DNA of 64,000 nucleotides from an uncultured Planctomycetota bacterium (lineage in GTDB: Bacteria; Planctomycetota; Planctomycetia; Isosphaerales; Isosphaeraceae). A model generated the notes under the pieces. It was not told the DNA's origin and did not search any database. It saw only the letters and a list, made by a program, of their open reading frames with translations. The stretch is from contig CAWGMQ010000003.1 of the NCBI GenBank assembly GCA_963823665.1, positions 1,664,001-1,728,000 on the forward strand, written 5' to 3'. Positions 8,312-15,296 of the stretch are shown here, one piece after another (within the stretch, counting starts at the first letter, position 1; each line of letters begins with the position of its first letter). The position numbers and the translations under genes were made by a program.

Positions 8312-8929
8312 ATGAGTGATCGAATCGGCGTCGCAACGATCTGCTTGCACAGTAGCTCTGCCATCTATTTGATCGCGGGCTTGGCCTTTCTCGGCTATTC
8401 GCGATTGCCAGCTCAGCCAACGAACCTGCCCTCGGAAGCAGGGTTGGTAGGCTGCATTACCTGCCTCACATTGGCTGCGGGCATCGAGCTGGTGGCTCGT
8501 GGCCTCCGGCGCCGAAGGTATTGGGCATGGGTCGCCGGCGTGTGCATCCTCACGCTCTACGTCCCAACTGTGTTCTTGCCCCTCGGGGCCCTAGGGCTCT
8601 GGGCCCTCCTGACGCCAGCAACAAGAGCCTTGTTCGGCGTCGGACCATTGACCTCGATATCCAGGCGTCCCGGATCGGTGTCCATGACAACCGTCGCGTT
8701 CCGCCTGCTCCTTCTAACAATCGCCTTGACCGGCGTCGCGGTCGCTTACGTCCATTTATCGGGCGTAGGCATGCCACCGTATTCGCCAGTGCCGGACCCT
8801 TCCGAACTCGAGCGGATTCACCGTCTCGTGGGCCTCGCCTTATTCGCGGTCGCTGCGCTCTCCGCCGCCTTATCGATCGCGGCTCTAGCCGCCGTTATAT
8901 TGGTCCGATATCGTCGTCGGCCCCCCTGA
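8312..8929 (+). CDS. Cassette multi-pass membrane protein
   Basis: Several hydrophobic segments; TGA inside CCCTGAC. Confidence 0.7.
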   Translation: MSDRIGVATICLHSSSAIYLIAGLAFLGYSRLPAQPTNLPSEAGLVGCITCLTLAAGIELVARGLRRRRYWAWVAGVCILTLYVPTVFLPLGALGLWALLTPATRALFGVGPLTSISRRPGSVSMTTVAFRLLLLTIALTGVAVAYVHLSGVGMPPYSPVPDPSELERIHRLVGLALFAVAALSAALSIAALAAVILVRYRRRPP

Positions 8930-8984
8930 CCCGGCGATCCAGCGGACACGTCTGTTGCCCGGCCGCTGATCTTTAGCGTTAGCC
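8924..8984 (+). repeat. attC-like site, short class
   Basis: CCCTGAC..GATCCAGCGGAC..GGCCGCTGATC..GTTAGCC. Confidence 0.85.
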
Positions 8985-8987
8985 GCC

Positions 8988-9385
8988 ATGGGAGAACCCG
9001 TGCAAGGTTCGAGCGCTGTCGAGGTAGTAATTGAGTACTGGCGCCTCATGGGCACCAATGACTTTGCTGCCGTCGGTGCCGTGCTGGCGCCCGAGTTCGT
9101 CCTCGAGTGGCCGCTGTCGCGCGAGCGCATTCGCGGGGCAGAGCGTTTTGCCCGGATGAATGCGGAGTACCCTGCCCATGGCCGTTGGTCCTTCACGGTC
9201 AATCGCTTGGTTGGCGGTCAGTCGGAAGCGGTCTCCGACGTCACGGTCACCGACGGAGTGCAAACCGCAAGGGTCATATCGTTCTTCGAGGTCAGCGGCG
9301 ACAAGATCACGCGGCTGGTCGAGTTCTGGCCCGAGCCGTATGAACCGCCTGCCAATCGGCGCATCTCGTGGAGCGCATGCAATGA
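8988..9385 (+). CDS. SnoaL-like / NTF2 family protein (frameshift near 9360)
   Basis: EWPLSRERIRG..F..MNAEYP..GRW...EFWPEPY; restoring 1 nt gives ANRAHLVERMQ* ending in R''. Confidence 0.8.
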
Positions 9386-9483
9386 CCCGCGCTGCAGCAG
9401 ATCCGAACCGCCGCCGAGCTTTGTGGTAAGATCGACGCGATGCGAGGCCCGGCCTGCCGGGCCGCTGAGCTCCGGCGTTACGC
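9380..9483 (+). repeat. attC-like site, long class, TGGTAAGAT in central region
   Basis: CAATGAC..CTGCAGCAGATCCG..CGGGCCGCTGAGC..GTTACGC. Confidence 0.8.
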
Positions 9484-9498
9484 AGCAGGGTCTGGCTG

Positions 9499-9840
9499 AT
9501 GCAACGGTTCCTGTTTGAATACATCGAGTTGTTCTCCTTCATCGGCGCCGGCACTCCGGAGGAGCCTGGCGGGGACTTCACCATGTACTGCTGGATCTCG
9601 GCGCCGGACAAGGCGGCTGCACTGGCATGGGGGTACGTCCTGATCGGCGACTACTGCAAGGCGCGATACGCGCACTCGGCAGACGGCCATCGGCACGACG
9701 GATCGCCGATCGAGGAGGGAGAGATCGTCGAAGACCCCGGGGTACTTGCTGCTGCCGTGCATTGGGATATTCCTGCATGCCGCGTCGGTGAGGTCCCCGA
9801 ATGGCGCGAGCCGTGGCGGTTATCCAACACCGGGAGATAG
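9499..9840 (+). CDS. Cassette hypothetical protein (113 aa)
   Basis: ATG 16 nt after R'; acidic protein. Confidence 0.65.
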   Translation: MQRFLFEYIELFSFIGAGTPEEPGGDFTMYCWISAPDKAAALAWGYVLIGDYCKARYAHSADGHRHDGSPIEEGEIVEDPGVLAAAVHWDIPACRVGEVPEWREPWRLSNTGR

Positions 9841-9845
9841 GCCAA

Positions 9846-10235
9846 GTGAAGCGCACGTGGACGATCATTGGGGTAGCCGATGTGGCCGGCAGCTTCAAAT
9901 GGTACCAGTCGCTCTTCGGCCAGCCGGAGATGCGTCCCGCCCATGACGACTTCGGGCAAATCCTCGACTCGGATGGCACGGTCTTGCTCTGCCTTCACGC
10001 GTGGGGTGCCCACGAGCATCCCTCCTTGATGAGCCCCGATCACGGGAAGCCTGGGAATGGCCTCCTCTTGTTCTTCCGTGTAGACGATTTCGACATGGCC
10101 CTGCCAAGGGCACGGGCTCTCGCCTCTCAGCTCGAAGCGGAGCCCCACGTGAACCCGAACACAGGAACCATGGAGTTCTCGCTCCGAGATCCAGACGGGT
10201 ATTATGTCACGATTAGTGCGCTCTCTGCGGCCTGA
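9846..10235 (+). CDS. VOC / glyoxalase family protein
   Basis: IIGVADVAGSFKWYQSLFG...LFFRVDDFD...EFSLRDPDGYYV. Confidence 0.9.
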   Translation: MKRTWTIIGVADVAGSFKWYQSLFGQPEMRPAHDDFGQILDSDGTVLLCLHAWGAHEHPSLMSPDHGKPGNGLLLFFRVDDFDMALPRARALASQLEAEPHVNPNTGTMEFSLRDPDGYYVTISALSAA

Positions 10236-10275
10236 CCACTCGCTCAATCGCACCGGCGCATCCTGGTTCATTCAG

Positions 10276-10734
10276 ATGACACAGGTCCGTCCTTCTAGCC
10301 TGCTGCTGTTCACCTTGGCGATATGTGCCGCGGGGTGCCGGAGCGCACCGGACCCGGACCCCCTGCCCCATACCAGTAGCGTTCGAGGTATCAAGGCGAG
10401 GTACTTCGACCCGACGACGAAACAGAAGCTGGAATTCGACGTACCGCGTAGCCATTGGGTTCCGATCATCTCGGCGATGAGGCCGAACCGTTCCGACCCG
10501 CAGCCGGCGGACTGGATGGTCCTCGGCGAACTGCGGATTACCCAGTTGGATGGGAGTCCGTTTTTCGTGGGCATGTATTCCATCCGAAGCGGGGAGGGGG
10601 CGTTCTCGGCGGGCGCGAGCTTCGAGAAGCGGTTATACTACAGGGGCGGGAGTACGCCCGACCTCGTCCGCGCCCTGAACGCCGCCTATGCGCAGTTCAG
10701 CGGCAAGCGAGGCGATGCGACGGATGCGAAATAG
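10276..10734 (+). CDS. Putative lipoprotein cassette
   Basis: LLLFTLAICAAGC lipobox. Confidence 0.7.
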   Translation: MTQVRPSSLLLFTLAICAAGCRSAPDPDPLPHTSSVRGIKARYFDPTTKQKLEFDVPRSHWVPIISAMRPNRSDPQPADWMVLGELRITQLDGSPFFVGMYSIRSGEGAFSAGASFEKRLYYRGGSTPDLVRALNAAYAQFSGKRGDATDAK

Positions 10735-10738
10735 CCCA

Positions 10739-10789
10739 GTCTAACGAGACGCTGCAGCCGATCCGCCTGTCGGCGGGCGGTCGTTACCA
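10739..10789 (+). repeat. attC-like site with shortened right arm
   Basis: GTCTAAC..CTGCAGCCGATCCGCC..GGCGGGCGG..GTTACCA. Confidence 0.65.
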
Positions 10790-10848
10790 GGCAGAGAGAG
10801 ATACGAGGAGCGCACGCAGTAACCCGCGCCACAGATGAGAGGGTTGAG

Positions 10849-11205
10849 ATGGCGAAACACTTGCACAAAGGCGACGAGACACGGCGTCGCTGGAAGATTA
10901 TCGATGCCTCGCGGTCTGGTGACGCGAGCCTGCTGCCGCAGCTCCTCGCCCGCCTCGACGGCGGCGAGACCTACGATAATAGGCGCCATATCGTCCGGGC
11001 ACTCGGCAACATCGGCGGACCGCGATCCGAGGCCAAACTTCTTGAGTTGCTCGGCAGCGAGCGCGGGCTTATCCTCGGTGATATCGCTCGGGCTCTCGGC
11101 GAAATCGGCTGTCATCGAGCCGCCAATCCGCTTGAGAGTTTGCGCACGCACGAATCCGAGTGGGTTCGCCAGAATGTCACATTTGCGCTTCGACGGCTCT
11201 CATAG
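10849..11205 (+). CDS. HEAT repeat protein
   Basis: Repeated RALGNIGG / RALGEIG / WVRQN helical units. Confidence 0.85.
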   Translation: MAKHLHKGDETRRRWKIIDASRSGDASLLPQLLARLDGGETYDNRRHIVRALGNIGGPRSEAKLLELLGSERGLILGDIARALGEIGCHRAANPLESLRTHESEWVRQNVTFALRRLS

Positions 11206-11208
11206 CAT

Positions 11209-11240
11209 GGCTAACAATGCGATGTCGGAACTTGTCAGGC
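11209..11240 (+). repeat. Collapsed attC remnant (32 bp)
   Basis: GGCTAAC-AATGCGATG...GTCAGGC with the central stem deleted. Confidence 0.55.
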
Positions 11241-11305
11241 GTGGACGCGGCCCTCAAGCGCACGCCCAAGGGCCTTACAGGTGAAGGCCCAAACGGGAGC
11301 AGTTG

Positions 11306-11854
11306 ATGGCGTTATCCGACGACGACCTCCGGCGTAGTTTCGAGGCCTTCGAGAACCGCAAACGATATCCAGTGCTCGCACCCAGCGTCTTCGCTGGCAT
11401 CGGCGACGAGTCGGTCGAGCAGGCGATCCTCGATTTCGTCGAGATGAAGGTTGGTCGCAACTCGAAGCGCCAGTACAAGATCGTGACGGCGCTCCCATTC
11501 GGCATTCAAGCCGTTTACACAACCTACTTCCTTGATGCCGAGGTCCGCAATGGCGGCTTCAACCAGTACTTCTGGAATTCCACCGGTCAATTTGCAATCG
11601 AGGCCTTGGACGGACTTCGCTTCTTCGGCGCTACTGATCACGCGAGACTCCTCGAGGGCGCAGTTCAGACTTACATGCGAGAGGCACCCATTCTCACGCG
11701 ATTCCGCATGCGCAACACACTCAAGGCTTTCAGCACGTCGTACAAAGCTACCAGTCTCACCGAATTCGACCAACCGTGGTACCGGTTTCCGTCAATTAGC
11801 CCGCTGCGCGTCAGCCGAATTCGCGCCGAGCCAAGCCTCTTCTCCGCAAGATAG
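11306..11854 (+). CDS. DUF4375 / DMP19 family protein
   Basis: LDAEVRNGGFNQYFWNSTG motif. Confidence 0.85.
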   Translation: MALSDDDLRRSFEAFENRKRYPVLAPSVFAGIGDESVEQAILDFVEMKVGRNSKRQYKIVTALPFGIQAVYTTYFLDAEVRNGGFNQYFWNSTGQFAIEALDGLRFFGATDHARLLEGAVQTYMREAPILTRFRMRNTLKAFSTSYKATSLTEFDQPWYRFPSISPLRVSRIRAEPSLFSAR

Positions 11855-11969
11855 CACTGCCCGCGGGCGTACAAAGCGCCGCCGCTAACATGCGGATATG
11901 CTGGAGTCGCGGGTCAAGCTAGTATGGGAGTTGTTCGCGGATGTGCCGCCGGACACCTTGCCCACGGAC

Positions 11970-12022
11970 GGCTAACGAGCCGATCCAGCGGACCCATGGG
12001 CCGCTGATCTGGGGCGCTACGG
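11970..12022 (+). repeat. attC-like site, short class
   Basis: GGCTAAC..GATCCAGCGGACCC-AT-GGGCCGCTGATC..GCTACGG. Confidence 0.8.
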
Positions 12023-12038
12023 GCGGGAGGTTCACCCT

Positions 12039-12464
12039 TTGCGGATCACGCTCACTCGCTTCACCTCCGGGCTGCTTCGCGTCCTGCTTACGCCGATCGT
12101 CCTACCGATCAAGTTGTTGAGCGCGGTGACGGGGCGGGGCAAGAAGCCGGCTTATGCGAGCACCATTGCCGGCGATCCGCTCGCGTACTCCGGCGACAGG
12201 CCCGTCCTCATCGCCGTCTGGGCATCATGGGCGGGGGTGTGGCGTGCAGCAACCGAGCAGGTCGTCGAGCAATTGCGCGGCGAGTTCGCCGGCAGTTGCG
12301 AGTTCGCGTATGTCGAGTGCGACAGCAGCACCATCAAAGACGCCTATCGTGCCGATGTCGTGCCGGTCCTGATCTTGCGGCATCGGGGTCACGAGTTGGC
12401 CCGCTTCGTCAACACGCTTGAGGCCGCTAGAGTACGGCAGGCGATCGCAGAAGTTGCCGCCTGA
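12039..12464 (+). CDS. Thioredoxin-fold protein lacking CxxC
   Basis: PVLIAVWASWAGVW...VPVLILRHRGHELARFV; TTG start after GGAGG. Confidence 0.7.
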   Translation: MRITLTRFTSGLLRVLLTPIVLPIKLLSAVTGRGKKPAYASTIAGDPLAYSGDRPVLIAVWASWAGVWRAATEQVVEQLRGEFAGSCEFAYVECDSSTIKDAYRADVVPVLILRHRGHELARFVNTLEAARVRQAIAEVAA

Positions 12465-12557
12465 CCTGGCGCCGCACTGGCCCAGGCCCGCCGCGGCGAC
12501 TTTCGCGGTATCACGGCTTTGCTCCGCGGGCCTGGCCGCTGAGCTTGCTTGTTTGAC
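12459..12557 (+). repeat. attC-like site, long class
   Basis: GCCTGAC..CCAGGCCCGC..GGTATCAC..GCGGGCCTGGCCGCTGAGC..GTTTGAC. Confidence 0.8.
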
Positions 12558-12575
12558 AGCAGCGGGGCGAGTCAC

Positions 12576-13097
12576 ATGCGGATCCGGAAGGCGAGTGAGT
12601 CAGATGCGGAGGCGATCACGGCCGTACACATCGCTTCGATGCGGGAGGCGTATCGTACGCTCGTACCGCCCGAGGCGCTCGCGGGATTCGACGCGCAGGA
12701 CCGGACTCAGCGGTGGCGTGAGGTTCTCGCCGAGGGAACATCGACCACCCTGCTCGCGGAAGCCGGCGGCGAGCCCTTCGGCTTCGCCAGCTTCGGGAGG
12801 TGCCGGGATGAAGACATCTCGCCGGGGGCGGTCGGCGAGGTGATGGCCATCTACGTCCGCCCTGATGCCTGGGGCCAAGGCGTCGGTAGGGCGCTGCTGC
12901 GCGAGGCGCTCGATCGGCTGCGCAGTGACGGATTCGCCGAGGTGTCGCTATGGGTGATCGAGGCGAATCGGCAAGCGATCGAGTTTTACGAGCGGTTCGG
13001 GTTCCTCCGCGATGGCTCGCTTCGCCGCCATGAGATGCTCGGGACTCCTACGGTCATCATTCGGATGCGGTTGCGGTCGGGTATGGATACCGTCTAA
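12576..13097 (+). CDS. GNAT family N-acetyltransferase
   Basis: IYVRPDAWGQGVGRALL and NRQAIEFYERFGF motifs. Confidence 0.92.
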   Translation: MRIRKASESDAEAITAVHIASMREAYRTLVPPEALAGFDAQDRTQRWREVLAEGTSTTLLAEAGGEPFGFASFGRCRDEDISPGAVGEVMAIYVRPDAWGQGVGRALLREALDRLRSDGFAEVSLWVIEANRQAIEFYERFGFLRDGSLRRHEMLGTPTVIIRMRLRSGMDTV

Positions 13098-13107
13098 CAC
13101 TCTCGGA

Positions 13108-13467
13108 TTGCTGGTTCTACTACTGGTCGTCGCCGCCCCAATAGCCTGGTTCGCCTCGGAGTTCCAGGATCGGCGCTGGCTGTGTCTCGCCTTGGGTACC
13201 TTGACCATCCTGCTCTCCTTCGGCGTCGCGGCCCTGGTCGGATCGCTGGAGCGGTTCAATTCCAACGCCTGGTTCGGTCGCGCCACGAAGGAACTGATCG
13301 ACGCCGCGGTCACTGAACTGGAGGCAGGCAACCCGGCTCGGGTTCTGCGCTCGCTCAAAGACTTGCAGGGGCAATACACGCCCACCTACGAGAACCGAGC
13401 GCGATACGATATGCTGGTGCAGGAAGCGGTGAAGGAGATGCGATCGCCGGAGGGAAAGGCCCACTGA
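13108..13467 (+). CDS. Cassette membrane protein, probably 5'-truncated
   Basis: Two hydrophobic segments plus YTPTYENRARYD; begins just after a lone R'' GTCTAAC; start uncertain. Confidence 0.6.
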   Translation: MLVLLLVVAAPIAWFASEFQDRRWLCLALGTLTILLSFGVAALVGSLERFNSNAWFGRATKELIDAAVTELEAGNPARVLRSLKDLQGQYTPTYENRARYDMLVQEAVKEMRSPEGKAH

Positions 13468-13612
13468 CATCGCGATTCGACAAAGCTCACCCTCCCGGCC
13501 ACCACGAGTTGATCGGGGTCGGGCACTCTTGCTTCGGTGTCGGCGATCAGGCGGCGATCGTGGACAACCTGTTCGCCAATATCCAGAGCGTTCGGCACCG
13601 AGCGAGCAGACA

Positions 13613-14011
13613 ATGAAAATCTGGCAGCTAGCCATCACGCTGATCGTCTTGATCGTCTTGCGTGAGGTGTCCGGAAACCTCCTGATGCGACTTACGGGGT
13701 TGGCTGTGCTGGCCAATTTCGGGGGGCTGGCCATCGGCTCGTTCTTCTCCGGATGGCTGGCCGGTGCAATCAGCGAGCTCGGTCCTTCCCGTGGCCAGCT
13801 CTGGAGCTTGGCCGCGCTGGGTGTCATCGCAGCGATCGGGATTGGTTTCATCCAGGGTGCGAACTTTCTGGCGGTGGCCGTGGTATTCATGGTGCTGATC
13901 AACATACCACTGTCGTACGGTTGCCTACTCCTCGGTGCCCACGTCGCGGAGCCCCGCACAAAGATCCAGCCGCCGCCTCTAGAAGAGGATAGCCTCGGTT
14001 CGGACCCTTAG
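13613..14011 (+). CDS. Membrane protein, last ORF of the array
   Basis: Four hydrophobic segments; preceded by GTTCGGC at 13590. Confidence 0.7.
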   Translation: MKIWQLAITLIVLIVLREVSGNLLMRLTGLAVLANFGGLAIGSFFSGWLAGAISELGPSRGQLWSLAALGVIAAIGIGFIQGANFLAVAVVFMVLINIPLSYGCLLLGAHVAEPRTKIQPPPLEEDSLGSDP

Positions 14012-14036
14012 GCTTCACATGCATCCGCCGAGCTCG

Positions 14037-14178
14037 CTTGAATTCTTCGCGCCCTCCCTTGGCGCCTTTGCGGCTTTGCGTGATCCCATCTTCCCTGTTT
14101 CGCTGTGCTTCATTCCGGCCCGCATCTTCACTCCGATTTGCCTGATCAACTCTTCGCGCGATACCGCCAAAGCCCCGA
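14037..14178. repeat. Dispersed repeat, right copy
   Basis: CTTGAATTCTTCGCGCC...CTTTGCGGCTTTGCGTGA...GATACCGCC, similar to 1006-1205. Confidence 0.75.
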
Positions 14179-15140
14179 TTACGCAAACTCGGGATCGGTC
14201 ACTCCATCTCGACAGGCCTTTGCGTCCACGCCCTTGCGGGCAAGTTCCACCACAGCCCGATACCCCGGCATCGTCGAGTCCAGCGAAATTGTCTGCCCGT
14301 CGATCGCATGAATCCGCGCTCGCTCGATCGACGGCCCATCCACGTCCTGGCCCCGTTTCACATCGATTGAGTCAACACTTGAGAATGGAATCGATCGCCT
14401 GAGAAAAATGCTCCATAGCGCCAGCCCGGTCGGGTTCACCGTCAACTTCCGCGAGATCAATTCCAGACTGAGCATCGCCAGAAGCGGCGACGCGGCCACC
14501 GCCAGCACGCTGAGGTACCACACCGCGGGCGAATCGTCTACACGGCCGCTACCGGCCAGGTTGAGCCCGGATAAACCCCCGACCAAGAAGATCGGAACCA
14601 TCGTCGCCATCATCATGAACCCGACCGTCCTGGTCGGCCGGAACGACCCTCCGTGCTTGGCCAGATCGCGCAGGCCCTCCTCGCGCAAGGCGGCAAGACG
14701 AGGCTCGAGTCGCGCACGCAACTTCGAGCCCTCGAGCAGGTAATGAAATCGAATCGGAAGCCGCGTGCCATCCCGTCCATACAAAAACATGCGCCCGAAC
14801 GTCTTCTCAATCCCTTTGAAGCCGGTTGGGCACGACTCTTCGAAGCGAACCAGATCACTCCAGGCGACGACGCTTCGCCACCCCGAGGCGTGCCGTGTGA
14901 TCCCCTGATCATCCAGTGTGAAGCTGCGCCTGCCTCACCGGCTGCCAAAACCAGGAAAATCGCGGCGGCCGTCAGGCCCCCCATCAGGAAAATCGCCGCC
15001 GCGCAAGTTACCAGGTCGAACGTATGGATTTGGGGAACGGCCAGGCTGATGATTAAACCAGCGAAACACAGCAGCAAGCCACCCGTCAGCGCAAAAACCG
15101 CCGCCACGCCCCTATCCCCCTCGTATCGCTCCACGTCCAT
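14179..15140 (-). CDS. Membrane protein with probable bacterial PH-like domains (frameshift near 14915)
   Basis: ORFs 14613-15140 and 14179-14790 join; TM pairs followed by LTVNPTGL...IPFSSV pattern. Confidence 0.6.
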
Positions 15141-15215
15141 CGCTCCCCTGCCGGTCAGCTCGAATTCCGCGCAAATCTATTCGCTGCCAAACACCACCTA
15201 TTTCGCAACTCCCGC

Positions 15216-15262
15216 CGCCCCAACGGGGCGAAGGTCAATAGCCAGGGGCTTCCAGCCCCTGG
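15216..15262. repeat. REP-like double hairpin
   Basis: CGCCCC-AAC-GGGGCG and CCAGGGGCT-TCC-AGCCCCTGG. Confidence 0.6.
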
Positions 15263-15296
15263 TATCCTGATACGATACCCCAGGAGGACTCTTTTT

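Larger units (their letters stand above)
2154..14011 (+). mobile_element. Integron-type gene cassette array without an intact integrase (CALIN-like)
   Basis: About 23 small + strand ORFs, most followed by an attC-like imperfect palindrome with R''(..AAC/..GAC), L boxes CAGCGGAC / CCGCTGA and R'(GTT../GTC..); stop codons often overlap R''. Confidence 0.9.

Noticed and set aside
2154..14011. CRISPR array interpretation of the recurring palindromes
   Set aside because: Repeats vary in length and sequence, the intervals are gene-sized and coding, and no cas genes are present; attC architecture fits better
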